Notes under the pieces: generated by a model
Seen by the model: the letters and a program-made list of their open reading frames with translations, nothing else
Database searches by the model: none
Told to the model about the DNA's origin: nothing
In this document: piece by piece, positions 49,841-61,580 of the stretch
How positions within the stretch are numbered: the first letter of the stretch is position 1
How the letters are laid out: each line of letters opens with the position of its first letter
DNA from: Oculina patagonica
Taxonomy: Eukaryota
NCBI RefSeq assembly: GCF_052425735.1
Contig: NC_135769.1
Span: 2,046,001 to 2,110,000 of the forward strand
Reading direction: 5' to 3'
DNA length: 64,000 bases
Program-made: the position numbers and the translations under genes

Positions 49841-50870
49841 CTTACTTACTCCTCTTCGTGCGTGGGTGCACATAAGGCCTCAACCAGATAGCGCCATTGG
49901 CTACGGTCGGCCGCTGCTCGTTCGAGGTGGCCCCATGTCCATTCGTTGTCCCTCATTTCTCTTTCCACCGTCCTTCTCCAAGTTTCTTTTGGGCGACCTC
50001 TCTTTCTACGGCCATCGGGGGTCTATCTGAGGGCGACTCTTGGTAGGGCTGTAGGCATCATACGAAGGACATGACCAATCCATCTCCATCTCCTTCACTT
50101 GCTGTGTGATGGTTTCTGTTCTTGTAATTCTACGCAGCTCATAGTTTAAGATTGTGTTTGGCCAAAATATGCGGAGAATCCTTCGTAGACACCTGTTCTG
50201 GAAGACTTCTAGCTTGTGGCTAATGGTCTTGGTCATCTTCCAGGATTCCGCACCATACAAAAGAGTACTTAAGACATTGCTCTTGAAGAATCGGATCTTG
50301 GTTTTCTGGCTGATGTTTCTGGATTTCCAAGTGCTCCGAAGAGAGGCAAAAACCTGACTTGCCTTTGAAATCCGAGCTAGGATCTTTTCCTCTCCATCTC
50401 CGCTGGTTGACACCATTGAACCCAGGAGGTAAAGTGCTCAACCTCTTTGACTGCTTCCCCATTCAGCATGATGGCTTCGCTGGTTTTGCTATTCATCCTT
50501 AAATGACTGGTGACTGGTCTTCTTGGTACTGATCTTTAGGCCAAGCTCCCTGCTGTAGTTGCCAAGGTGTTGGTCTTTGCCTGCATGTCCTGGTATCGAT
50601 GGGAGAGCAGCACAATATCATCCGCATAATCAAGGTCTTCCAAGATACTAGTAAGCGTCCATCCGATCCCTCGTCTTCTGTTACTAGTCACTTGCTTCAT
50701 GATCCAATCGATTCCCAGGACAAACAGAAATGGCGAAAGAATGCAGCCCTGTTTCACGCCGGTGGTCACGTTGAAGGTATCTGTCAGCACTGTGTTGCAT
50801 ATCACCTGGGACTTGCAGTCATCGTTCAGCATCTTGATAACATTCCTTCGAAAACCTTCGGAGAAAAAAA
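49841..50870 (-). mobile_element. 5'-truncated RTE-like LINE with a frameshifted reverse transcriptase, inserted into a MITE related to 24477-24625
   Basis: GVKQGCILSPFLF, LDYADDIVL, LLYGAESW, GRPKETWRRTVE; (TAAG)n tail; TSD ACTGGGACTAGA at 49829 and 50871. Confidence 0.88.
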
Positions 50871-52188
50871 ACTGGGACTAGAAATTAAAAACAAATAAAT
50901 AATAGATCTGGGACAGGGATTTGGAAAATCGGGAAACAATAGGCTGGGCAATGGGATTTGGGCAAAATTTAGGCAAACCTATATCTGTTCCCATAGATTG
51001 CAGTTTCTTTGGTCATAATAATTCCTTATCATCTTTTGATTCATCTTTACACGGGATGGACTAGCGCTGAGTGTGGTAAAGGGTCTCGAGGAGATCGCGA
51101 TCCCGTTTCACGCACCCAGTTCTCACATTTACACGTCACGTACTTTACTTCACGAATAACGGACTCGTCCAAATTTGAAACAAGCCAAATTATGTCCCCG
51201 CGTGTCCCTCCAGTACCTCGACCTTTGCTTTAACCTAGACCCAGATCCCTTTGATGTGTTGCCGAGGATAGCAACAACGATCTGGGAACGAGAAAGTTCT
51301 TTTCCTGTAGCCATACAATATACAGTACTTTGGAAAATCTATCCAGAAAGAATTAACATTACCACAAAGAACGAAAAGGTACAGTTCTTCTTTATCATCT
51401 TTTGGTAGCGTAACGTTTACGTGGGAAAATGTAAGCAGAAATACGTTTTTAATAGTTTTTTAACGAGGTTCGGATCGAGCTTCAGAAGTATAAAATCAGA
51501 TAAAATATTCCACAGCCTCAATTTAGTTTCTTCCTCTGAGCCGGCCTTGGAGCCATATTTCAAATTTAGATCATCCTACTGATTCATGTTTCGTACTGAC
51601 CTTTTCACAAAAGAACTAAAGAAAATTAACTATTAAAAGGTCATGACTTGCCAATTGGACAAGATCATGAAATCCTTAATAAAATAATTGCTGCAAACTT
51701 CAGTGTGAGACTTCTTTTTTGACTTCAGATCATACATTTTCCACATGCCCTTAACCTCCCTCACCACCCCCCTCCCCCCTTCTTTTGTTCTGGTGGTCTG
51801 CCACATACCCAGCCCTTATATCAACTCTATAACAATATTTTAATTTTGAAGTGACTAATTTATTTCAAGAATGAAAACACTCAAGTACTAACCAACACAA
51901 AAAATAATTACAGTGCCAGACTTTTATTCATTTATTTTGCTACAAAACTAATCTTAAAAACTCTATGGTGCACCTCTAAAGTGTTGATTTTTATTAAACT
52001 ATCAAGCCCCCTTAATTATGTTTTTATGAAATGGCATAAACCTCCTGCTAAAGAAAATAATTTACAGAGCTTGCACGTATTAAAATACTTCTGGCATAAT
52101 GTGATCAAGAAAGCGGAAATTTAATGCACTTATGAAGGTATAAGCTAATGGACTAGCGGGTTGCTGAACCATGTGCTCATGGTGTTGT

Positions 52189-55100
52189 TCACTTTCCAGT
52201 CAAATGAAGGGCACCTGCACCACCGCCATATCCATAACCTTTGGGGCCAAACAACTTGCCATAGCAACCCTTGCAGTACACCTGGCCTACAAAACAAACA
52301 AACAAACAAAAATATATTATTGAAATTCCATTTAATATTGGTGTTGATAATTCCAAATTCCATCAGCAAGATCCTTGGAGAAGTCACAGACAGTGACCCC
52401 TGAATAAACTAGTGGAAGATTGTTTCAAGTTTGCCATTTGTAATCCATCTTAATCTTCATCAGTTCAAACCATCCTTGGTTGTTTTCAGAGTTTTATTAC
52501 TGTTGGTTTTTTTGTACTTCAGAAACTATTTTTTGTGGTTTCCTTCAAATTAATCAGAAAATGACTTCAAATACCACTGACATTTTAAGACCCATTAAAA
52601 GCCCTTGGATGCTTATCAAGAATGTTTTTCATCACCCCCCCCCCCCCCCCAATTTTATGATCAAAAAATTCAGACATGTTAGGTTTTTGCATTCAAATGT
52701 TTGTTCACAATCTGAAAGGAGTTCATAGCAGAGGACGTATGGCAAAACTAGTATCTCTGACACAAGTTGTTCCTAAAAATTGAAGAGTAGGCCACATACG
52801 TACCATCATGCTCATTAAACGAGCCGCTATCTAAGGACTTGTTGCAGGTTGGCTTGTTGTTGCAAGTAAAGCAACGCTTGTGATACTTTTGTTTACCAGC
52901 AAGAACCTGCTCTGCCATGTAGACTCTGTCCTTGCAACGAGGACACCTTTCTGTATCTGTAATGATCAGCAGAAATAGTCAGTGGCAGATCTAGGAGGAG
53001 GCTCTATTATACTCTGGCGGTCTGGCGGTTTAAGCCGATTTTGAGCGTCAGCCAGCGGCCCGGGGGGGTACTCCCATAAACTTCGGATAGGGGTGTGCCG
53101 CCAAGGTTCTTAAACCCTGACCCTATTTAAGGATAAAGAAAGCGAAAATTGATACCCTATTTAAGGCCCAAAACCGAAAAATGACACCCTATTCAAGGGG
53201 AGGAGAAGCGTTCCGTGACGACGCAAATAACGGCTAACCGCGCACGGCAAGACACAAATCTTTATAAAATCGCTTTACTAATACCTGAACAGAAAATTCA
53301 GTTTTTAAGATACATTTTTTTCGTTTAGCTGGGCGTTTATTTTAGCTAATAAAATTTAGGTACCCTATCTAAGGATCACACCGGTAACACATTGCCAAAA
53401 GGAGCAAAAATGATACCCTATTTAAGGACTGAGAACCTCAAAAACCATACCCTATCGGGCAGCACATACCTATATAGGCCACATATGGGAGTACCCCCCC
53501 CCCCCCCCGGGGCCAGCGGGCACATTCTTTATTTTCTGGCGGTCTTTGGTCAAAAAATTTAAGGTGGTCTCGGTCTCGGCAGAAAATAAAAGAAACTGGC
53601 GGTCTAGAAAGAAGAAAACATTGTGGTCTGTGGACTGAACGACCCCTCCTTATAATAAACCCCACTGGAGGGGACCCCAGGAGGCATGGACCTCCCACTT
53701 TCAGTTGAAAAGGACTGAATAATTTTCAGCCAACCCCTCCCTCCCTTATCCCCTGGAATAAGAATGGACTCTCCTTTAATTCCCCCCTCCCTTTAAAAAA
53801 TCCTTTAGACACCACTGTTCATAAAGTGCAAAGAATTAACATGACTAGGCAAAAATAAGTTGCAGCATGCATCAAAGAGCAATATAACAAGCTGAAAATA
53901 TCTTCCCTTTATAGGGGCCTGTATTTGTCTCGGTGATTCATGACAAGAATACCAGCCAGGGCTTTGGTGGATGCCAGTTCCTAATGAAATCTCTGTCAGT
54001 ATGCCCATATCATAAATTTATTATCACCACTTCTTATATTTGCAAGGGAAAATATTTCTCAAGTAGCTTGTTCCAAGCAAGGATTCGGAAAATCTGATAA
54101 TTTCAGAAAATTCCTTTTAGTGTAGTGGTCTTGAGTACTTTATAAATTTGTGGTCATTGATCGAAGAGTTCTATTCATAAACAGTTGGCAAATTTGAATT
54201 ACAAAAAGAATTTGACGTCAAATGAATGGTTTAACAATCATAATGAAAACATTTATATTGTGCAAACTCCATAAAATATGTTCACATGTTTAATGACTTT
54301 CATAAATGCCACAAGATTTATGAAAGTAAAAAAATTATAAACAAAATAAAATTAAAATAAATTAATAAAAGTCAAAAAATAAGGTATGTGATGTTACAGA
54401 AAAATGTTGGGTATTTTGAACGGAAGGGCATTCCCTTGAACTGTCAGCTTTAAATTAATTTGAGAGAGAAAGAATTTAGAAAATGCTTCACAAGACTCGA
54501 TACTATTGTCAAAAGCCACCCCCTGGAAAGTTCAAAAGTAATGTATTCATTTGACGCAATTATCTCACTGGCTAGCCACAATGAAACAAATGGCTACTGT
54601 GGGTTTCGGAATAATTGTACAAATAAACAGTAACTACAAAACATTCAAATGCTATGCTAGCGCTCTAAACTATGTGTGAAATCGAGCTGTATGCATAAAA
54701 CAGACCTTTTCAAGACATTAAAATCATTTTCGATTTCGAATCCTCGAACGAATGAAATAATTGTAACTTTTAAGCGCGCGTTTCAAGCGATAGTTTGCTA
54801 CAGAAAATACTCAGAACACTTTCCCTTGCTTTCTAAATGGAGAGCTATGCAGCTAAGTTATGCTCTGGAATTCAATTTGGAGGAATTTGCCCCTTTCTTC
54901 GGGTTATCATGAACACGCAAAAACTGTCAGCAATGAACATTAACTTTTCATTCTCACCAAATCGCGTGAGTGTTGTGTTTACGCCAATAATGACCTCGCG
55001 AGATTATTGTTAACAATCGCTCAGCAAAATAGCAAGAACTGTCACGTTACATTTAATACCACTTTTAATACTCCAGAACGCTGACAACCGGCCGTTTTAA

Positions 55101-55274
55101 ATCGTACATCACAAGCGCTTAACCACTCGGTCAATTAAAATGGCGTTTATGCATTGTGGGGCGTTGGTTTTCGTCGCTTACTCGTAACATAAATCCATCC
55201 TTGACCAAGAAATTTACACCACAGCCCGTTAAAACAGATCACAAGAAGAATCAACTATGGAACTTACCAGCCAT
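52189..55274 (-). CDS. CRIP-type single-LIM protein, gene G, 85 aa. Exons 55274-55268 (ATGGCTG), 52956-52804, 52286-52189
   Basis: [19 protein letters not shown]...[14 protein letters not shown]...[26 protein letters not shown]. The 7-nt first coding exon is inferred from a G|GTAAGT donor and phase. Confidence 0.8.
53059..53511. mobile_element. CCCGGGGGG-TACT MITE in intron 1 of gene G
   Basis: 8-bp TSD GCCAGCGG. Confidence 0.85.
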
Positions 55275-55333
55275 GCTTTAGAACCCAAGCTAATATAGCT
55301 TTTGCTCAAAGAGTTGAGAATGCGGTCGTTTCT

Positions 55334-58300
55334 TATGGTGGGTGATTACCGTCATAATTAAACTTTGGATTTTGTTACTTGTTATTGCATTTTGTTTTAC
55401 AATAAGTTGCTTGTGTGTTTGAATTTTATGTTGGTTGTATCAATTTTCTGTCAGAATTCAGAAATTTTCGTCTAATCAAATTTTCGGATAGCTCTAAACT
55501 TTCTAGTAATTTGAATTTTTCAGGTTGTGCCAGTTTTCGGGAACTATTCCAATTTCTGGTGTCATGATTTTTTGCCAGTAGTTCGAATTTTCGGACACAT
55601 TCAATTTTCTGCTAGTAGTTCGAATTTTCGGACACATTCAATTTTCTGCTAGTTCCCGGCGCCATATTGGAATAGTAACCGCGCAGACATGATAGCGAGG
55701 CTACCGGTGACCCGTGGCTGAGCGTGAAGAGAGATTACAGTGAGGATTCGGCAATTAGCCCGTGTTTTTTCGCGTTTTTCGGAACATAAGCGAAAGTTTT
55801 GATTCTAATAATACTCCTTCGTCATCTTCTAAGATGAATGGAAAATATTGGGCCGCTTTTGGCTGTAAAAAAGGCGAGTAAACTTCTCAGGGGCCATCAG
55901 TTGTTTTCGCTGCGAAACAAAACACAAGGAGATCCAGTGAAGAAATCGCATCCATGGTGTAATCTGATAAGACGCCAGCATGAGCATGGTGAGGACAATT
56001 TTCTTCGTCTTTAAAGCAATTTTTCTTTGCACTAATCATTACAAAAAAGGAAATATACACAGCTCTCCTGAGCAAGTCGTTGGGATCAGAAAAAAGGTTT
56101 TTAACATGCAATGTTTACAAAACTTTTGTTTTATACTTGCTTCTAATCACTGAAGTTGTTTGATAATATTTTATATCTAGGAAAGCCCTTCTGTTGACAA
56201 GTCTCCATTTAAATATATATCTCAATTCAGAAATTATTCCCAATTTTGCCTACGGTTTTTTTATTTCTGTATTTATTTTGAGTCTGATATAAGCTTATTG
56301 TATTTTGATAAGATTTAAAAGAAATAGATTATTGATAACAAAGAGTTGCTTTTAGGTAAAGTTGTATATATATAGCCTTGGCTCCTAAGTGAAGCATAGC
56401 TCATCCACAGTTTTCTTCCACTGTTCTCTGTCTTGGGCTTAGGTAAAGTTGTAAGCTTAGTTTAAATCCGTTTTCAATATTGTCTCATAGGTGAAAGCTA
56501 TCCCAGTAAACATGGATTGTGAAATTATCACACAAGGAAGTCACTATTTAAAAGAAGGCACAGAGAAACATCTACTCAAGAAATAAAAATGCAAAAGAAA
56601 AGGGAAAACTTTTTTCTCATTAACCAGGAGTATTATTGCACCCTATTAAATCACCTGATGAAAAGTCTGATTGATCTGCAAAGAGAATAATGCATCATTG
56701 AATTTAAACTGGTTGAATTTCAGGCAAAGTTTGGTCTCAACCACATTACAGTCAGGGTAGTTTAATCGTCCATCAGTGATAACCCATCATTTTGGTATTA
56801 TTTCTCCAGAAGAGGTTAAAAATCAACTTTTCTATCAGCTCTAGATGAGAGAATTTGGTCAAATTCAGGGAAAAATTTTAATTACTGTTACATCTCCTTT
56901 TGTGTACATGTGTATGTATTGACCTGGTAAAGTTTTCGGGCTGTTCATTCTTTGACAGTAAAGGGTTAACCACCCATAAATCTTTTACACTGAAACCAGA
57001 AAGTATGTCAATACTTTAAACACTTTCTGAATGTTTATTATCTCAAATGGGGAGCTATAAAATTTAAGGTCCTGCATGTAGTATTGAAAATATTGATGTA
57101 ATGTTTAAGATGAATGTATTGTTTAAATAAGACAGTAAAGAAAATTAAAATAAATAAAATCTTCATCATGAAGCTGGATGGAACTCTGCTAGATTAGCTG
57201 TAGTTTGGTGTCCATATGAAACTCTACCATCAATGGGGAAGAGGAATTTCTATTGTTGTAACCTCCAGGTCAATCTGTAAAAGGTAAGGTAAAGTCTGTG
57301 TCCGAGCCAAGTGGCTCATACAGCTGGAGCTTATCCCGGTTTCCGTAGCATTAAGCGACTAGGTCTACTCCCCCCTGGATGGAATGCCAGCAGTAAATTC
57401 GCTGTTACCCATTTATACACCTGGGTGGAGAGAGGCACTGAGAGTAAAGTGTCTTGGCCAAGAACACAACGCAGCTCCCCCACCAGGACTCGAACCCGGG
57501 CCGTTCGACTGGGAGTCGAGTGCGCTAACCATTGGCCACCGCGTCTCCCACACCAGGTCAATGTGTAGGGGTGGAATTTGTTTTGTCTGAGAATGTGGTG
57601 TTAAAAAAAAATTGAAAAAGCAAGCCTTTTCTCTCCAAAATAGACAATAAAATTCCTTTAAGGCCAGAATAAGGCAAGGACAAAGAACAAATACAGTTGT
57701 CCCTGGACATGTAAAGTATAGCAATGATTTTATCATTCCCTCAGGCAATTTTTGTAAATATAACTTTAGACTTGCAAGCATTATTGTCAGTTATACATGG
57801 TCCACATTTTGTGCATCTCATTATAATAATCCTTACCATACTGTTTGGGTTGGTAATACTTTTTTATAGTAACAGGAACTGTTAAATGGCTTTTTGAAAC
57901 ACCTTGATTCAACACTGCAAATGATTTATTTCAAAACTTAGTAGCTGATGCAGTCATTTCAACTATGAAAACATTTTTTATTCTTAAAAAATTGCCCTCT
58001 GCTTGTGTTATTTTCCATTTCTTGACTTGAATAGATGATTTTCTGAGCTTCTTTCAACTGGCAGACTCCTTTTAGAATGTTTCACAATCTATGTTGCTGG
58101 GATTTCTCTTTACCTATGAGATAATATTAAAACTTTATTTAAACCAAGCTTATAACTTCACCTAAAAGCAGCTCTAACCAATATAAAATAAACTGCCACA
58201 CTCAGAAATAAAATAAAAAAGAAGTCTGCAAAATTGAGAATAATTCCTGATTTGGGATAACTATTTTACTGAAAACTTTCAAGAATTGGGCACTGTGTAA

Positions 58301-59141
58301 TGTAAAGTATTATTAAACATCAACTTCAGTGATTGAGAGCAAGTAAACAAAAGTTTTGTAAACATTGCATGTTAAAAACCTTTCTTTCTGATCCCAACGA
58401 CTTGCTCGAGAGCTGTGTATATTTCCTTTTTAGTAATGATTAGTACAAAGAAAAATTGCTTTAAAGACGAAGAAAATTGTCCTCACTATGCTCATGCTGG
58501 CGTCTTATCAGATTACACCATGGATGCGATTTCTTCACTGGATCTCCTTGTGTTTTGTTACGCAGCGAAAACAACTGATGGCCCCTGAGAAGTTTACTCG
58601 CCTTTTTTACAGCCAAAAGCGGCCCAATATTTTCCATTCATCTTAGAAGATGACGAAGGAGTATTATTAGAATCAAAACTTTCGCTTATGTTCCGAAAAA
58701 CGCGAAAAAACACGGGCTAATTGCCGAATCCTCACTGTAATCTCTCTTCACGCTCAGCCACGGGTCACCGGTAGCCTCGCTATCATGTCTGCGCGGTTAC
58801 TATTCCAATATGGCGCCGGGAACTAGCAGAAAATTGAATGTGTCCGAAAATTCGAACTACTAGCAGAAAATTGAATGTGTCCGAAAATTCGAACTACTGG
58901 CAAAAAATCATGACACCAGAAATTGGAATAGTTCCCGAAAACTGGCACAACCTGAAAAATTCAAATTACTAGAAAGTTTAGAGCTATCCGAAAATTTGAT
59001 TAGACGAAAATTTCTGAATTCTGACAGAAAATTGATACAACCAACATAAAATTCAAACACACAAGCAACTTATTGTAAAACAAAATGCAATAACAAGTAA
59101 CAAAATCCAAAGTTTAATTATGACGGTAATCACCCACCATA
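55334..59141. mobile_element. 3.8-kb non-autonomous DNA element with ~820-bp terminal inverted repeats (55334-~56158 / ~58321-59141) and 6-bp TSD GTTTCT
   Basis: Ends TATGGTGGGTGATTACC...GGTAATCACCCACCATA; GTTTCT at 55328-55333 and 59142-59147; arms near-identical; no long internal ORF. Confidence 0.9.
57283..57555 (-). mobile_element. tRNA-derived SINE nested inside the large-TIR element
   Basis: Head GGGAGACGCGGTGGCCAATGGTTAGCGCAC...GGTTCGAGTCC on the - strand; (TTACC)-type tail. Confidence 0.8.
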
Positions 59142-59745
59142 GTTTCTCGAATAACACGCACTTGTTGAGCAGACGAGTACGTCTAAATTCCACGCATAAT
59201 TAGAAGTCCAAATGGGCATGGGAGGGCAAAATAAACAATGCAATTCTCTCCTGACCGGGTGGGGGTGTTTTGCTTTGTTTTGTATCTAATTTTGTCGCGG
59301 GAGAAAAAGGTTTTTCAAAATTCGCCCCATATATATTTTGTTCAGTACAGACGGGAAAAGAAACTTGTGGCGAGCATCGAGTACAGACTTTCACAAGAGG
59401 AGCACACACTGACCTGGTCTCCTCCACAGCCGTTTTTTAGGATGTCACGCAACGCTTCCCCCGGGGCTCCAAGAACGGCTGCGAACGAGACCAGCACTCC
59501 CGAAAAGCTCGCGCGCGTTTATAAACGCGTCACGCCTTTCGTGTCGCGCGTGTTTCGAGCCAGTTGCATAAGAAACGGCCCTTTCAATTCAGCTTCTACT
59601 TAAATCACTTTATTTATGAATTTCTCAACTAGACATTTCAACAACAACAAAAGTTCTTTTGAGACTGTGACAATGGCTAAATAAATCATCTTTAGTTAGT
59701 ACACCAACATCCTTAACAGACCAAGGAAGCGCACGAGTTTTGTTT

Positions 59746-61261
59746 CTACTGTGTTCGAGTCAGCGCTCCAGCTCCTCCGCCAAATCCATATCCTTTTGGG
59801 CCAAAGTTTTTGCCATGACATGTCCTGCAGTAGATCTCACCTGCGAAAGAAAAAGCGGTTTTGATCTGTAAGTTAAACTGTCATGCTAGTTAAAAGAGCT
59901 GTGTCACCGGGGTTTTATTTGGTCTAAACTGTTCTGAAATTAGTAGAAGGCAACTTAACGCATAAAAAACATAATATTTGAACATCTAAAGGAGGATATA
60001 ACCTTAATTTGCGGATTGAAATCAAGCTACGGCTATAAATATCGATTTTTTTTTAAAACGCGCGTAAACAACTTGAAAAAGTAAGCTTTACTTTTTCAAG
60101 TTGCAATCCGTTTCCATCAGAGCCATCCGCAGCCAAAGATACACGTTAACAGTTTCAGTGCTCTAATATAGCAATTTGTAATTAAAAATAGACTATTATT
60201 TTTAGGTTTCCTGCGACACAAATATAAGTTTTGGCTGTTTAAAAATCTTGTTAGATCCGTGACATAGTCATAGACTATGAGCCCGAGTTTCTATGAGCGA
60301 ATTGTCAACGAGGCGCAGCTGTTTTAGTAGAAACTCTAAAGGGTTACGGTCCAAAAATCGAGAAAAAATAACCCTGCAATACATAAAATTGCAGGTTTTG
60401 GTCCAGGGTGGGCGCTTAATCGAATAAATACGGTAATACAGAACTAGGGCTTTCCACAAGGTGCTCGGCATCTTTTTGGCAACTTTTCATATTTCGAGCA
60501 ACTTTTTCCCTTTCAGGCAACTTTTTCCCTTTCGAGCAACTTGTTGCATTTTGAGCAATTTTTAGACCGAAAATCTCCGAAGATTGTCCGAGTTTCTGTC
60601 CGAAGGAAAAACAAATGTTTCCGAAGAATGACAAAGTTTGCCGAAGGTTTTCGTTGAACATCCGAAGACATTTTGACTTTTGACTCATTCCTCATTTTAA
60701 AAACATTACAATGTTAGCCAGCAAACATGACGCCATCGATAACTTACGATTTTTCTCAGTGAAAGAAATCTTTGTAATTTAAAATATTATTGCCTTAAAT
60801 TGTTACTTAGACACTTCTGGTGCAGTGAAATTGCATGAAACTGCTTAGAAATCTTATCTTCAAAGGGAAATTAGCATATATTTGGAGAATTTTTTTGATA
60901 AAAAGCAGCGTTTTGGATTTTTTGGGATTTTTAAAGCAACTTTCGAGCACCTTTTTCAGAAATTTCGAGCAACTTTTTGAATAATCTCGAGCAACTTGTG
61001 GAAAGCCCAAAACAGAACCCGTGATTTAGAATCATACAATACTCAACAATGCAAAAATCCTAAATATTGGTTACATTGAAAGATCTTCTTACCCTCGTGC
61101 ATGTTGAGGCTGGTACTGTCCAGTTTTTTCTTACACTCGGCGCACGAAAAGCATGGTGACTTATGCCACACACCGCCGTCTGAATCTTTCGCCTCTTCGG
61201 CCTGGTAAACACTTTTTCCACATCTCTTGCACTTTGGCGCTTGCACTGGTGTGAAAGGCAT
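59746..61261 (-). CDS. CRIP-type single-LIM protein, gene H, 87 aa. Exons 61261-61093, 59840-59746
   Basis: [13 protein letters not shown]...[12 protein letters not shown]...[30 protein letters not shown]; exon sizes identical to gene F. Confidence 0.9.
60445..61010. mobile_element. hAT-type MITE in the intron of gene H
   Basis: TAGGGCTTTCCACAAG / CTTGTGGAAAGCCCAA; TSD (T/A)ACAGAAC. Confidence 0.8.
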
Positions 61262-61346
61262 TTTGTGTTCCTGTTAATGAATTGATGAGAAACAATTTTA
61301 TCTACAAGTCGTCAGGACGAAGGGATGTTTTATATTAACATTACAG

Positions 61347-61580
61347 AGGCCCTGTTAGGGGTTTTTGGATAAGGGATAACTCACAAAATTATTTTAGGGA
61401 TCGGGGATAAATGTTTAAATATTATAGGGTGAGGTATACAACTCAATGTTTGGGATAATGAAAATTAAAATAATATGGATACCTGCTTTCCTAATTTTGG
61501 GGATAAGGAATAACTTCCCTTAAAATTATTAGATTGGGATAAGAGATAAACCCCCACCCCCCACCCCGCTAACAGGGCCT
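61347..61580. mobile_element. MITE (AGGCCCTGTTAG...CTAACAGGGCCT)
   Basis: TIR; CATTACA on both flanks. Confidence 0.7.

Noticed and set aside
55334-59141. TA target duplication (Tc1/mariner) for the large-TIR element
   Set aside because: An exact 6-bp direct repeat GTTTCT flanks the TA-containing termini and is the better explanation
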